A stretch of 51,168 nucleotides of DNA from an uncultured Verrucomicrobiota bacterium (GTDB taxonomy: Bacteria > Verrucomicrobiota > Kiritimatiellia > CAYTQP01 > CAYXEW01). Each line of letters opens with the position of its first letter. The stretch's first letter is position 1. The stretch is taken from positions 1 to 51,168 of the forward strand of contig CAYXEW010000006.1 in NCBI GenBank assembly GCA_964464115.1, written 5' to 3'. Below, piece after piece: positions 19,223 through 29,950 of the stretch. The notes beneath the pieces are model-generated. The model searched no databases. It was given only the letters and a program-made list of their open reading frames with translations, and had not been told where the DNA came from. Both the position numbers and the translations under genes were made by a program.

Positions 19223-20832
19223 GTAATAGGGGTCCGGAATGGGTAAAAAGTGCCGTATTTTATGAGATTTATCCGCAGACGTTTTATGATTCAAACGGCG
19301 ACGGGATTGGCGATCTGCAGGGCGTCATCCAGAAGCTCGATTATATCGAACGTCTCGGAGCGAACGTCATCTGGTTAAACCCCTGTTTTGTTTCGCCGTT
19401 CAAAGATGCCGGATATGATGTTGCCGACTATTACCGGGTCGCGCCCCGTTACGGCACTAATGATGATCTGGTTGAACTTTTTGACAAAGCGCGCGAGCGC
19501 GGTATGAGGGTTTTGCTGGATCTCGTTCCCGGCCATACATCCATAGAGCACGAATGGTTTAAAAAATCCTCTCACCCCGAGCCGAACGAATACAGTAACT
19601 GGTATATATGGACAAACAGCGTATGGGATGACGGCGGCGAGTCGTTTGCACCGCGCATGATCCAGGGCTACAGCGACCGGGACGGCTGCTATCTGACGAA
19701 CTACTTTTATCATCAGGCCGCCCTCAATTTCGGATTCTATGAGCCGGATCCGAATAAGCCGTGGCAACTTTCCTGCGACCACCCGGACGTGCAGCGAGTG
19801 TGGAAAGAGTTTCATAAAATCATCCGCTACTGGCTCGATAAAGGAGCCTCCGGTTTTCGCGTGGATATGGCCGGCAGTATCATTCGTAACGATCCGGACA
19901 ACAAAGGGTGTAAACAATTCTGGGGCAGTGTGCGCGAGATGCTCGATAATGAATATCCCGATGCCTTCCTGGTGGCCGAATGGTCCTGCCCGATGAATGC
20001 GATTGACGCCGGCTTTCACTCAGACTTTCACCACTGGTTTGCCGGGCATTATGACCTGTTTCGTGGGGACGAAAGGCGATCGGGTCCCGGCGGGAGGGGC
20101 ACGGGAAACACATTCTTTGATCGCAAGGGAAAAGGTGATGTAACGCAGTTTCTCGAAGGCTATATGGAACACTATGAAAAAGTGAAAGGCAGGGGCTATG
20201 CGTCTATCCCCGTGGGCAACCACGATCTTCCGCGCATCAACATCGATCATAATCAGAATGAGCTGGAAATGATAACGGCCTTTCTGATGACCTTCCCCGG
20301 AACACCTTTTCTTTATTACGGGGATGAAATCGGTATGCGTCACCAGTTTGGAATGCCGAATCGGGAGGGGGCTTATCAACCCCGCGTGGGAGCCCGTACA
20401 CCGATGCAATGGAGCGGTGAGAAAAATGCCGGTTTTTCAGAAGCTCCGTCCGAAGCCCTTTACCTGCCGGTGGATGTGGCGGCGGACGCCCCCACGGTGG
20501 CGGCACAGGAAGCTGATCAGACTTCATTGCTAAACGTTACCCGCCAGCTCATTCAGATGCGTCGGGCTCACCGGGCGCTGGATGCCGATGCCGATTTTCA
20601 GGTTGTCTACGCTGAAAAGAACAGCTGTCCATTTATCTTTCAGCGTAAAAAAGGCGGCGAAACAGTATGGGTGGGCTTCAATCCTGCTGAAGACAGCCAG
20701 TCTGTAAAACTTGATGCTGCGCTGCCTGAAAAGCCGTCAAACACCTTTGACTGTTTGGCCGGATGTCGGCCGGATATGACAGCAGAGGGTTTGTCCATGC
20801 CGGGACAAACTTATTTTGTATTGCAGCTGTAA
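19219..20832 (+). CDS. GH13 alpha-amylase family glycosidase (alpha-glucosidase-like)
   Basis: FYEIYPQTFYDSNGDGIGDL. Catalytic GFRVDMA, VAEW and NHD, plus YYGDEIGM and RTPMQW. Confidence 0.93.
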   Translation: MSNRGPEWVKSAVFYEIYPQTFYDSNGDGIGDLQGVIQKLDYIERLGANVIWLNPCFVSPFKDAGYDVADYYRVAPRYGTNDDLVELFDKARERGMRVLLDLVPGHTSIEHEWFKKSSHPEPNEYSNWYIWTNSVWDDGGESFAPRMIQGYSDRDGCYLTNYFYHQAALNFGFYEPDPNKPWQLSCDHPDVQRVWKEFHKIIRYWLDKGASGFRVDMAGSIIRNDPDNKGCKQFWGSVREMLDNEYPDAFLVAEWSCPMNAIDAGFHSDFHHWFAGHYDLFRGDERRSGPGGRGTGNTFFDRKGKGDVTQFLEGYMEHYEKVKGRGYASIPVGNHDLPRINIDHNQNELEMITAFLMTFPGTPFLYYGDEIGMRHQFGMPNREGAYQPRVGARTPMQWSGEKNAGFSEAPSEALYLPVDVAADAPTVAAQEADQTSLLNVTRQLIQMRRAHRALDADADFQVVYAEKNSCPFIFQRKKGGETVWVGFNPAEDSQSVKLDAALPEKPSNTFDCLAGCRPDMTAEGLSMPGQTYFVLQL

Positions 20833-20896
20833 TCCCGAAACTACTTCTACCGCAGAGGTCAACGGCTCTTTCTAGGTTAACGTCAGGTGTCTGAAA

Positions 20897-21403
20897 TCAG
20901 CCGGACAAGTTGGAGAATTTCACTTTTTCAGCCTTGCTGAGAACTTGTTCTTTAAGCTCCTGTTTATATGCTGTAATTTTCTCCAGCATCGCGCTGTCAG
21001 ACGCCGACATAATCTGTGCTGCGAGAATACCCGCATTTTTTGCTCCATTGAGGGCAACGGTAGCCACCGGAACCCCGCTCGGCATTTGCAGGATGGATAG
21101 AACAGAATCCCACCCGTCAATTGAGTTGCTTGATTTGATGGGTACGCCGATGACCGGCAGGGGAGATATAGCGGCCAGCATGCCGGGCAGGTGGGCGGCT
21201 CCACCGGCACCCGCGATAATCACGGCGATCCCGCGATGATGGGCATTGGCTGCAAAGTCATACAGTTTATCAGGGGTTCGGTGAGCCGATACGATATCGA
21301 TTTCATAACTAATCTCAAATTTCTCAAGCAGTTCGGCTGCCTGCCGCATGACCGGAAGATCCGAATCAGAACCCATCACTATGCTTACTGATTTCTTTCC
21401 CAT
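20897..21403 (-). CDS. purE: N5-CAIR mutase
   Basis: MGSDSD, SAHRTP, AGAGGAAHLPG and QMPSGVPVATV. Confidence 0.97.
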   Translation of the reverse strand: MGKKSVSIVMGSDSDLPVMRQAAELLEKFEISYEIDIVSAHRTPDKLYDFAANAHHRGIAVIIAGAGGAAHLPGMLAAISPLPVIGVPIKSSNSIDGWDSVLSILQMPSGVPVATVALNGAKNAGILAAQIMSASDSAMLEKITAYKQELKEQVLSKAEKVKFSNLSG

Positions 21404-22554
21404 GATGTAACCCTTATTAAGTGTTTAATTTTTTCCGCTTTTTTAAGTGCGCACTCGATCGAGGGCGAAAGAACAGTTGCGTGTCCCATCTTGCGGTACG
21501 GCCTCGTCATTTTTTTACCATACAGGTGGATCTTCACGCCTTCAACGGCCAGACTCTCTGAAAGACCTTCATATACAACGGGCCCCTCTGTATTTTCCTC
21601 TCCTAAAATATTCATCATTACCGAGGGCATTTTCAACTTTGTACTTCCCAAAGGAAGATTCAGAATAGCTCGCAAATGTTGTTCAAATTGCGAGGTGAGG
21701 ACGCTTTCAATAGTGTGATGGCCACTGTTGTGCGGCCGGGCAGCTATCTCATTGACGATGACTTCACCCGCCATATTTACAAACAGCTCAACCGCAAGCA
21801 AACCCTCCAACTGTAGCAGTTCAATAATGGTGCAGGCAATGTGTTTTGCTTTTTCTGACTGTTCAATGGTGACAGATGAGGGACAAATCAGTTTGTCCAC
21901 GAGGTTGGCTCCGGGATCAAAAAGCATTTCGACGACCGGAAAGCATTTTATATCTCCCCGCCCATTTCGCGCCACAATGGCGGAAATCTCTTTTTCGATC
22001 TCCACTTTTTCTTCAACAATCGACGATCCAGAGAGACATTTTTGAATGTCGCTACAGTCGTTTACAACGGCCACTCCGCGCCCATCGTATCCGCCCATCC
22101 TCCATTTCTGTACGAACGGAAAAGTGAGCTTTCCATTTTCAACATCATCCAGCACCGCCGCTTTCGATTCGTATGTTTTGAACGGGGCCGTTGGAATTCC
22201 GTTCTTTTCGTAAAACGCCTTTTGCCGGCCCTTATCCTGTATCAGTTCTAATGCTTCAGGATCCGGCGCTATTCGAAGACCCTCAGACTTGAGTTTTTTC
22301 AAGGCTTCAATATGGACATTCTCAATTTCGAAGGTAAGCACGTCCACTAACTTGCCAAAATGGTAGACCGCATCATAATCCAGCTTGTCACCCTTTATGA
22401 AGTGCGATGCAATTTTTCCGGCCGGGCAGTTTTCGTCGCTGTCCAGCACATAGGTGATCACATTCCACTTGCTGGCATCTTGAATTAGCATTTTACCAAG
22501 TTGTCCCCCGGCAATAATACCTAATTTTAAATCCGATGTTACCAGTTTTTCCAT
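21385..22554 (-). CDS. purK: N5-CAIR synthase
   Basis: GGQLGKM, TFEIE, GYDGRG, NEIAARPHNSGH and HLYGK..RPYRKMGH. Confidence 0.96.
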   Translation of the reverse strand: MEKLVTSDLKLGIIAGGQLGKMLIQDASKWNVITYVLDSDENCPAGKIASHFIKGDKLDYDAVYHFGKLVDVLTFEIENVHIEALKKLKSEGLRIAPDPEALELIQDKGRQKAFYEKNGIPTAPFKTYESKAAVLDDVENGKLTFPFVQKWRMGGYDGRGVAVVNDCSDIQKCLSGSSIVEEKVEIEKEISAIVARNGRGDIKCFPVVEMLFDPGANLVDKLICPSSVTIEQSEKAKHIACTIIELLQLEGLLAVELFVNMAGEVIVNEIAARPHNSGHHTIESVLTSQFEQHLRAILNLPLGSTKLKMPSVMMNILGEENTEGPVVYEGLSESLAVEGVKIHLYGKKMTRPYRKMGHATVLSPSIECALKKAEKIKHLIRVTSWERNQ

Positions 22555-22655
22555 ACACTACTCGTTTTTGAAACGTCGGCGTTGCGCGCCCCAGAGCCAC
22601 TTATTCACTGTACAGGAATTATTTATATTCAGGATGTTCAGGTTGGTTAGACATA

Positions 22656-22684
22656 AAAAACCCCGCTGCATCAGCGGGGTTTTT
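22656..22684 (-). terminator. Rho-independent terminator (potentially bidirectional)
   Basis: AAAAACCCCGCTG-cat-CAGCGGGGTTTTT just downstream of the 22705-23508 gene. Confidence 0.8.
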
Positions 22685-22704
22685 CAACGAGTCGACGGCC
22701 TCCC

Positions 22705-23508
22705 TCAGCCCTGATTTTCAACTAGTTTAATCTGGCGCGGCCTGGTGGCCTCCACAATCAGCTTGTCAGCCTGCGTAATGTGGTTCTGCAGGGTTTCCAG
22801 AGTCTTACGAAACTCCTCAGTAGTGGTAACCGTTTTGAGCGTTCCGTCCACAGCTTCCTGGATGTGCAGCACTTTTTGGATATCTTTTTCAAGCTCTTGG
22901 ATTTTTTCCAGCTGTTTAACGAGGGCCTGGTTGGCCTGGGTGAGTTTATCAGCGTGTTCGACGAGTCCGGCTTTGGTTGTTTCAAAGGCTTCGGTCAGGG
23001 CTGATTTCATAGCCGTGGTTGATTCGCTGTTGACCTTCGAAAGTTCCTGCACATTGGAAGACAAAACCTTCTGCATGTTGCCGACAGAATCACCCATGGC
23101 ATCTTTGACAGAGCCGGAGAGGGAGCTGACTGTTTTGGACAATTCAGCGGTTGAGCTGCTCATGGCGTTTTCGGTATTTTTCAACACTTCGGCCAGCTTT
23201 TTCTCAGTGTCGACCCATTTATCCATCAGGGATTTCTGGGTGTCGGCCATAGCCTTTTGAGAAGATTGCACTTTATTGGCAATATCCTCGCCCGCTTTGA
23301 CGGTTGCATCTTTGATGGCCGAGGCCATTGCATCGGGCTGCGGAATATATTTTTTGAAAGCCTCATCAATGGCTTTGCCAATGGTGTCAGCCAAATCTTC
23401 TTTACTCAGCGTAGTCCCCGGTAATTTGTTGGAAAGGACTTTGATCAGATAGATCCAGCCAATGACCAACACGGCGAGCGCAGCGATAATTACATAATTC
23501 ACAATCAT
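22705..23508 (-). CDS. Hypothetical membrane-anchored coiled-coil protein
   Basis: GGAG RBS before ATG 23508. Single N-terminal TM, then a long A/S/K/T-rich amphipathic helical region. Own terminator. Confidence 0.8.
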   Translation of the reverse strand: MIVNYVIIAALAVLVIGWIYLIKVLSNKLPGTTLSKEDLADTIGKAIDEAFKKYIPQPDAMASAIKDATVKAGEDIANKVQSSQKAMADTQKSLMDKWVDTEKKLAEVLKNTENAMSSSTAELSKTVSSLSGSVKDAMGDSVGNMQKVLSSNVQELSKVNSESTTAMKSALTEAFETTKAGLVEHADKLTQANQALVKQLEKIQELEKDIQKVLHIQEAVDGTLKTVTTTEEFRKTLETLQNHITQADKLIVEATRPRQIKLVENQG

Positions 23509-23684
23509 GATATATTCTCCCGGTCTCAAAAGTTTTGCGAGTATTTAAGCATTATCCACTTAAAAGGCAAGAACCTTGCCCAACAAAAACCAAGCCGAGA
23601 CTTGTACGACTTGTGCTGCATACGCTAAAGGAAAAAGACGTGTTTGACCAGTTCTATAATATTATATTTAGATTAAAGAGATGG

Positions 23685-24437
23685 ATGGTGAAAATAGTGC
23701 TATATGCTGTGTTCGGCCTGACGGCGGCCGCTTTCTGTTGTGTGATGGGAGGCTGTCGCCTTGATGGGGGCTTTTCTTCTAAGGGTTTTAAAGAGCCTGA
23801 AAAAGTCTTTCTGGAGGGGGGCGGCTTCTACTTCCAGTGCCAGCATCCCGCAGGTTCCTCAACGTTTATTCGCGTTAAAAGTTTTTCAATAGGCGTGAAG
23901 GAGGTAACGGTCGAGGACCTCTGCAGCTGGTTTAATGATCTTGGAGAAATACCGTTTGGCCGGCATCCACAGGTTCGGTTGAGCCATGGAAGCTATGCTC
24001 CGGCGCCGGGTCAATCACGCCATCCGGCCGCATTTATTGATTACGGGGGGGCTGAGTCCTATTGCCGCTGGCTCAGTGATGAGACGGGCCGCATGGTACG
24101 CTTGCCGACGACGGAAGAGTGGGAGTATGCAGCCCGTGGCGGTCTTCCCTGTTCTCCCTATCCGTGGGGGTGGGGGGCGCCAGGCAAGAGGGCCTGTTTC
24201 AACCGCAGCGGTTCGGTCGGCGTCTGCGCCTTTCCTCCAAATGGTTTCGGCCTATATGATATGGCCGGTAATGTCTATGAGTGGTGCTACTCGCCCTCAG
24301 GTGAATATGCCCTCATCAGAGGGGGCAGTTGGGCGGAAAGCAACCCGGAGCGGCTGACCGTGTACGATGCGATCAGGCAGCGAAAACATTACCGCGGTGC
24401 CGACGTGGGCTTTCGCATCCTGATGGAGGATGAGTAA
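23685..24437 (+). CDS. FGE-sulfatase (SUMF1/EgtB/PvdO) domain protein
   Basis: RLPTTEEWEYAARGG, YPWG, PNGFGLYDMAGNVYEW, RGGSW and GFR. Start uncertain. Confidence 0.88.
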   Translation: MVKIVLYAVFGLTAAAFCCVMGGCRLDGGFSSKGFKEPEKVFLEGGGFYFQCQHPAGSSTFIRVKSFSIGVKEVTVEDLCSWFNDLGEIPFGRHPQVRLSHGSYAPAPGQSRHPAAFIDYGGAESYCRWLSDETGRMVRLPTTEEWEYAARGGLPCSPYPWGWGAPGKRACFNRSGSVGVCAFPPNGFGLYDMAGNVYEWCYSPSGEYALIRGGSWAESNPERLTVYDAIRQRKHYRGADVGFRILMEDE

Positions 24438-24454
24438 GCAGATAGGGCGTAGAC

Positions 24455-25777
24455 TTATGCCCGGATGACGCCCAGCAATTCGTCCCGCTTAGCTTCCATA
24501 AGCTCGGGACTTTTGGCCTCAAGATTTAATCGAATCAGCGGTTCAGTGTTGGACGCCCTGACATTAAACCACCATTCGTCAAACTCAATACTGACACCGT
24601 CCAGCTCGGTTAGAGATCCTTCTGCATAGTCTTTTTTAAGTCGCTCAAAGACGGCTTCTGTATCTTCGACTTCAGAATTGATTTCGCCGCTGGCATAATA
24701 GCGCTGGATGGGGGCCACCAGTTCGGACAACGTCCGGCCTGACTCGCTGATAAGATTGGCTACGTACACAATGGCCAGCGCTGCGCTCTCGGCATAGAAG
24801 TTGTCTTTAAAATAATAATGGCCTGAAAGTTCTCCGGCAAAAAAGGCGTCTGCATCACGCATTTGCTGTTTGATAAAAGCGTGCCCCACTCGCGATTTTT
24901 TTGCGGTCCCCCCATTTTCTTCAATTACTTCTTTTACGGCCCAACTGCTTCGCAGATCATAAAAAATAGTTTCACCCGGTTGCTTTTCCAAAATCGACTT
25001 GGCGATAAGGGCGGTTATAATATCCATGGGAACCACATGGCCCCGCTCATCGATGAAGCCCGCGCGATCTGCGTCGCCGTCAAAGGCAACGCCGAAATCG
25101 CAGTTACTCTCGCGGACGCGCTCCTGAATCTGAACCAAGGTGTCTGTATCCAGAGGGTTGGCTTCATGATTTGGAAAAGAGCCGTCCAGCTCATCAAACA
25201 TGGGTTCGATTTCAAACAGGTTCTCGAGAGGTTTTCCCTCTACAATGCCCATACCGTTCGCATAATCTATAACCGTTTTCAGCGGGCGCCTGATATCGGC
25301 ATACTGCTGAACATGCTGAATGTATTCCGGTAAAATGTCATGGGAGGTGATGGTGCCCGCCGTTGAAGCCGGCGGATCGAATGATTCTTCCATAACTATT
25401 TTTTCAACATCCATGATGCCGGTGGCGCCGCTGATTGGGATGGCCTTTTCGCGGCATAGTTTGAACCCATTCCATTCACCGGGGTTGTGAGAAGCGGTTA
25501 TAATGATGCTCGCGTCCGCGCCCAGCGTTCCATTGGCAAAGTAGGACATGGGTGTGCTGCACACACCGAGGTCAATAACGTCGGCACCCTGTGCGGTCAG
25601 CCCTCTGGCGAGAGCGTCGAACATGGGTTTTGAATGCGGGCGCATATCCCGCCCCACCACCACCTTTCGACACTTGACGACGGTTACAAAGGCACGGCCT
25701 ATTTTTTCTGCCAACTCTTCCGAAAGGGTCTCTCCAACGATGCCCCGTATGTCGTATGCTTTAAAAATTCCAGACAT
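24455..25777 (-). CDS. Phosphomannomutase/phosphoglucomutase
   Basis: IFKAYDIRG, TASHNP, FDGDADR, GELSGH and RASNTEP. AGGAG RBS before ATG 25777. Confidence 0.95.
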   Translation of the reverse strand: MSGIFKAYDIRGIVGETLSEELAEKIGRAFVTVVKCRKVVVGRDMRPHSKPMFDALARGLTAQGADVIDLGVCSTPMSYFANGTLGADASIIITASHNPGEWNGFKLCREKAIPISGATGIMDVEKIVMEESFDPPASTAGTITSHDILPEYIQHVQQYADIRRPLKTVIDYANGMGIVEGKPLENLFEIEPMFDELDGSFPNHEANPLDTDTLVQIQERVRESNCDFGVAFDGDADRAGFIDERGHVVPMDIITALIAKSILEKQPGETIFYDLRSSWAVKEVIEENGGTAKKSRVGHAFIKQQMRDADAFFAGELSGHYYFKDNFYAESAALAIVYVANLISESGRTLSELVAPIQRYYASGEINSEVEDTEAVFERLKKDYAEGSLTELDGVSIEFDEWWFNVRASNTEPLIRLNLEAKSPELMEAKRDELLGVIRA

Positions 25778-25976
25778 GATTGCACTCCTGATAGATTCGT
25801 TGGTAACCAACATACAAAGCTTTGTGAAAAAGGCAAAATAAAAGCGTCTAAACCTGTCTTGCATGCAGTATATTTTTGACAAATACGTAAAGAAGGCTAT
25901 GTGTATAGGGAGTTAAAAAAAGACGTCGCTGAGTAGGCGCGCGTCTGGAACACAGAAAAGAAACGGAGTGTGATAA

Positions 25977-26906
25977 ATGAGTCTGCTAAACAGCATTACC
26001 GATGCAGTCGGCAATACACCGCTGGTGCACCTGAACAAGCTAGCGGAAGGGTTAGAGGCCACGGTGCTAGTTAAAATGGAGGCTCACAACCCGCTCTGTA
26101 GTGTGAAAGACCGCATAGCCAAAGCCATGATCGAGGCGGCCGAAAGAGACGGCCTGCTGAAGCCCGACAGCGTCATTGTAGAGCCCACCAGCGGTAATAC
26201 CGGAGTCGGCCTTTCGTTTGTCGCGGCCGCCAAGGGATACCGTATCATATTGACGATGCCTGAATCCATGAGTGTCGAGCGCCGCAAACTGATGGCCGCC
26301 CTCGGCGCCGAGCTGGTCTTAACGCCCAAGGAGGGCGGCATGAAGGCCGCCATTGCGAAGGCGCAGGAGATTGCAGATCAGACACCGAATTCATTCGTGC
26401 CACAGCAATTTAAGAATCCGGCCAATCCCGAAGTGCACCGACAGACGAGCGCTGAGGAAATATGGAAAGATACCGAGGGCGGGGTCGATATATTTGTGGC
26501 AGGAGTGGGAACCGGGGGAACCCTGTCCGGTGTTGGCGCCGTTTTAAAAAGCAGGAAACCAGGTGTGCGGATTGTTGCGGTAGAACCTGAAAAATCACCC
26601 GTTATCTCGGGCGGCGAACCCGGCCCTCACAAAATTCAGGGGATAGGTGCCGGCTTTATTCCGGACAATCTGGATACGGAGCTCATCGACGAAGTCATCA
26701 GGTTGAAAGAAGAAGATGCGGTCAACACGGCTCGGGCTCTGGCCAAGAAAGAGGGAATTCTGTGCGGCATTTCCGCCGGAGGGAATGTGTGGTCGGCACT
26801 GGAACTGGCGCGCCGCCCCGAAAATAAAGGCAAGACTATCGTCACGATCGTATGCGACACGGGAGAACGGTACTTGTCTACCGGGCTCTTTGATGAAGCG
26901 GGATGA
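25977..26906 (+). CDS. cysK: Cysteine synthase A
   Basis: [42 protein letters not shown] and DTGERYLST. Confidence 0.97.
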   Translation: MSLLNSITDAVGNTPLVHLNKLAEGLEATVLVKMEAHNPLCSVKDRIAKAMIEAAERDGLLKPDSVIVEPTSGNTGVGLSFVAAAKGYRIILTMPESMSVERRKLMAALGAELVLTPKEGGMKAAIAKAQEIADQTPNSFVPQQFKNPANPEVHRQTSAEEIWKDTEGGVDIFVAGVGTGGTLSGVGAVLKSRKPGVRIVAVEPEKSPVISGGEPGPHKIQGIGAGFIPDNLDTELIDEVIRLKEEDAVNTARALAKKEGILCGISAGGNVWSALELARRPENKGKTIVTIVCDTGERYLSTGLFDEAG

Positions 26907-26932
26907 TGTCCGTCTAAACGGTCAGGCGATGC

Positions 26933-26963
26933 AATGGCCGCCGGCGCCCCGGCGGCCATTTGT
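26933..26963 (+). terminator. GC-rich hairpin between cysK and thiS (weak terminator or processing site)
   Basis: AATGGCCGCCGG-cgcc-CCGGCGGCCATT with only a short U tail. Confidence 0.5.
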
Positions 26964-27061
26964 ACAGAACCGGATCGTTTGGGTTGATTCGTTGGCGGTC
27001 ATTTCCACTTCTTTCTTGAGTTTCGTCCATTTCGTGTCTTTTATTCAGTGAAAAGGATACC

Positions 27062-27262
27062 ATGAAGCTTACAGTAAATGACATGCCATATGACTATAGT
27101 GGTGAAGCAACGGTTCAAGCTCTACTGGTGGATATGGGGGCTGACCCCAAAACGTCTGCCGTCATGGTGCAGGGAACGGTAGTGCCATCGCGCGACTGGT
27201 GCAGGCAGGACTTGAATGAGGGTGATCGCGTGGAAGTGCTGGTCTTTGCGGGGGGCGGTTAA
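27062..27262 (+). CDS. thiS: Sulfur carrier protein ThiS
   Basis: 66 aa ending EGDRVEVLVFAGGG. Upstream of thiG. Confidence 0.93.
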   Translation: MKLTVNDMPYDYSGEATVQALLVDMGADPKTSAVMVQGTVVPSRDWCRQDLNEGDRVEVLVFAGGG

Positions 27263-27265
27263 ACA

Positions 27266-28039
27266 ATGAATACGGTTCTCACACTGGGTGGTGTCAAACT
27301 GAGCTCCTGCCTGATTGTCGGCTCGGGTAAGTTTGCTGACGCCGGAACTATGTTGAAAGCCGTTGAGGCCTCCGGGTCGCAGTTGGTCACGGTGGCGTTG
27401 AGGCGGTTTAATCCCGACCAGCCTTCTGATGATTTGTATACCCCGCTTGCGAAAATGGAAGGTGTACACTTGATGCCCAACACCTCCGGAGCCATGAATG
27501 CTGATGAAGCTGTAACCGCCGCCCACTTGGCACGCGAAATCAGCGGCAGCCCCTTCATCAAGGTGGAAATTCATCCCAATCCGCATCATTTACTCCCGGA
27601 CGCCATCGAAACATTCGAGGCGTCCGCACGCCTGGCGAAAGAAGGTTTTATTGTGATGCCGTACATTCCGGCCGATCCCGTACTGGCCAAGAGACTGGAA
27701 GAAGTCGGGTGCGCATCGGTGATGCCCCTGGGTGCGGCGATTGGAACGGGAAAGGGGCTTACAACGCGTGACATGATCAAGATCATGATTCGGGAGTGTT
27801 CGGTGCCCGTCATTGTGGATGCCGGCCTGCGCAGCCCTTCTGATGCCGCCGCCGTAATGGAAATGGGTTGCGGAGGCGTGTTGGTGAACAGCGCCATAGC
27901 GGCGTCCGGTGATCCAACCGCCATGGCCGCCGCCTTTAAACTCGCAACAGCGGCCGGACTCCTCGCCCGTCGCGCCGGTCTGATGACGCAGTCGGACGCA
28001 TCGGTTGCCACCAGCCCTCTGACATCTTTTCTCACATGA
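27266..28039 (+). CDS. thiG: Thiazole synthase
   Basis: [40 protein letters not shown] and SPLTSFL. Confidence 0.96.
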   Translation: MNTVLTLGGVKLSSCLIVGSGKFADAGTMLKAVEASGSQLVTVALRRFNPDQPSDDLYTPLAKMEGVHLMPNTSGAMNADEAVTAAHLAREISGSPFIKVEIHPNPHHLLPDAIETFEASARLAKEGFIVMPYIPADPVLAKRLEEVGCASVMPLGAAIGTGKGLTTRDMIKIMIRECSVPVIVDAGLRSPSDAAAVMEMGCGGVLVNSAIAASGDPTAMAAAFKLATAAGLLARRAGLMTQSDASVATSPLTSFLT

Positions 28040-29163
28040 TGAATCATCATCCATATCGACCGGACTGGTCGGCGGCCGTTGCTTTGAAGGAGTCCGTTTG
28101 CGCCGCTGCTTCCCGGGATGTGGATACAGCGCTGTCTTCAGAAAATCCGTCGGTGCGTGATCTGGCCGTCTTATTATCACCGGCGGCGGGCGATGCGCTT
28201 GAAAAAATGGCTCGCCGCGCTCAACTTCTCACGCGCAAGCACTTCGGTCGAACGATGCAGCTTTACGCCCCTCTCTATCTGTCGAGTTACTGCTCCAGCC
28301 TGTGCGCATATTGCGGCTTTGCTGCTGACCATGACATCCCGCGGCACAAAATGTCACTCGATGAAATCGCGTATGAGTTACAGGCGTTGAGAGAGATGAA
28401 GTTGGATGAAATTCTGTTGCTAACAGGAGAGCGGACGGCAGAAGCCAATGTCGACTATATTGAGGCGGCGGTGGAACAAGCTGCCCGCAGCTTTGATCTC
28501 GTCCAGGTTGAAGTGTTTCCCATGGAGTATGATGAATACACCAGCCTCGCACGCAAAGGGTGTTCAGGGTTAACGCTTTACCAGGAAACCTATGATGCCG
28601 ATCAATATAAAAAGGTTCACAAAAAGGGGCGGAAGGCCGATTATGAATACCGCATTGAAAGTCCTGCCCGGGCCCTCGCAGCCGGGTTTCGCTTTGCCGG
28701 CCTAGGCTGTTTGCTGGGGCTCAGTGATCCAGTCTCCGACATGTTGTGCCTTTTTGAACATGTGCAGTATTTAAGAAAAAAATACTGGCGCGCCGGCCTT
28801 TCGGTTTCGTTTCCCCGAATTCGCCCCGTGATGGGCGGGTTTCAGCCGGATGAGCCCGTCGGCGATCGGCTGCTCGCACAAATTATTTTTGCCTTTCGCA
28901 TTTGTCTTCCCGATATTCCGCTGGTGCTTTCCACCCGGGAGGCCCCGTCATTCCGTGACGGCATGGCTGGCCTGGGCATTTCTAAAATGAGTGTGGCCAG
29001 TCGAACCACGGTGGGCGGTTATGGCGGGACGTCCAAGGGGGAGGAAGAACAGTTTCGTATATATGACGACCGCGACACCCCGACGTTTTGCCGCGATTTA
29101 CGTCAGCGGAATCTGGAGCCTGTTTTTAAAAACTGGGATTCCGTTTACAGGACAAGCCCATGA
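28036..29163 (+). CDS. thiH: 2-iminoacetate synthase (radical SAM)
   Basis: [36 protein letters not shown] and EQF.I.DDR. Confidence 0.94.
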   Translation: MMNHHPYRPDWSAAVALKESVCAAASRDVDTALSSENPSVRDLAVLLSPAAGDALEKMARRAQLLTRKHFGRTMQLYAPLYLSSYCSSLCAYCGFAADHDIPRHKMSLDEIAYELQALREMKLDEILLLTGERTAEANVDYIEAAVEQAARSFDLVQVEVFPMEYDEYTSLARKGCSGLTLYQETYDADQYKKVHKKGRKADYEYRIESPARALAAGFRFAGLGCLLGLSDPVSDMLCLFEHVQYLRKKYWRAGLSVSFPRIRPVMGGFQPDEPVGDRLLAQIIFAFRICLPDIPLVLSTREAPSFRDGMAGLGISKMSVASRTTVGGYGGTSKGEEEQFRIYDDRDTPTFCRDLRQRNLEPVFKNWDSVYRTSP

Positions 29164-29909
29164 ACAAACTAAAAGATCATCGCTACGCCCGCCAGCTCGC
29201 CCTGCCGCAAATTGGCGAGGAGGGCCAGGAGAAACTCTCCCGCGCCCGCGTGCTGGTCGTCGGCGTCGGAGGGCTGGGCTCCCCGGCTCTCTTTTATCTG
29301 GCCGCTGCGGGTGTTGGGCATATCGGGATGGTCGATTTTGACATCGTCTCTGAAAGTAATCTGAACCGCCAGATCCTTCATTCGACAGATGACATGCAAA
29401 GGTTGAAAACGGATTCGGCCCGTGAAAAACTGCAGGCCCTCAACCCCGAAATAGAAATAGAAGCCTTTTCCGAACGATTTACGTCATCGCTGGCCGAGGA
29501 ACAGCTCGCGCGTTTTGATATGGTCATCGATGCCTCCGACAATTTCCAAACGAAATATTTGGTGAATGATATCTGTTGCCGATCGGGCACGCCGTTTGTG
29601 CATGGAGGAATCAGGGCTTTTACAGGACAATTAATGACAGTCCTGCCCGGCGAATCGGCATGTTATCGCTGTGTGTTTGAAGAGAGGGAGGAGTTGGTGC
29701 ACGAGCTCGGCACGCCCATTGGACCGCTCGGTGTTGTTTCGGGTGTTATCGGCACTCTTCAGGCCGCTGAAGCCTTAAAATTCATAACAGGTTTTGGGGC
29801 GTTGCTGACCAATCGCCTGTTGATTTATGATGCTGCGTGTGCGGCTTTCAGAGAGGTCCCGGTCCATCGTCAGCAAAACTGTTCGCTCTGTTCAGTTGGA
29901 GAAAAATGA
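29160..29909 (+). CDS. thiF: ThiF/MoeB family adenylyltransferase
   Basis: RYARQ, GVGGLG, SNLNRQ, DASDNF, CYRC and C-terminal CSLC. Lies in the thiSGH operon. Confidence 0.88.
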   Translation: MNKLKDHRYARQLALPQIGEEGQEKLSRARVLVVGVGGLGSPALFYLAAAGVGHIGMVDFDIVSESNLNRQILHSTDDMQRLKTDSAREKLQALNPEIEIEAFSERFTSSLAEEQLARFDMVIDASDNFQTKYLVNDICCRSGTPFVHGGIRAFTGQLMTVLPGESACYRCVFEEREELVHELGTPIGPLGVVSGVIGTLQAAEALKFITGFGALLTNRLLIYDAACAAFREVPVHRQQNCSLCSVGEK

Positions 29910-29950
29910 CGGAATTTGCATGGAATGGCCCTACTTATTAAGTGCCATTC

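Noticed and set aside
22555-22655. Purine or ZTP riboswitch upstream of purK
   Set aside because: No consensus motifs recognised. The only strong hairpin is the upstream gene's terminator.
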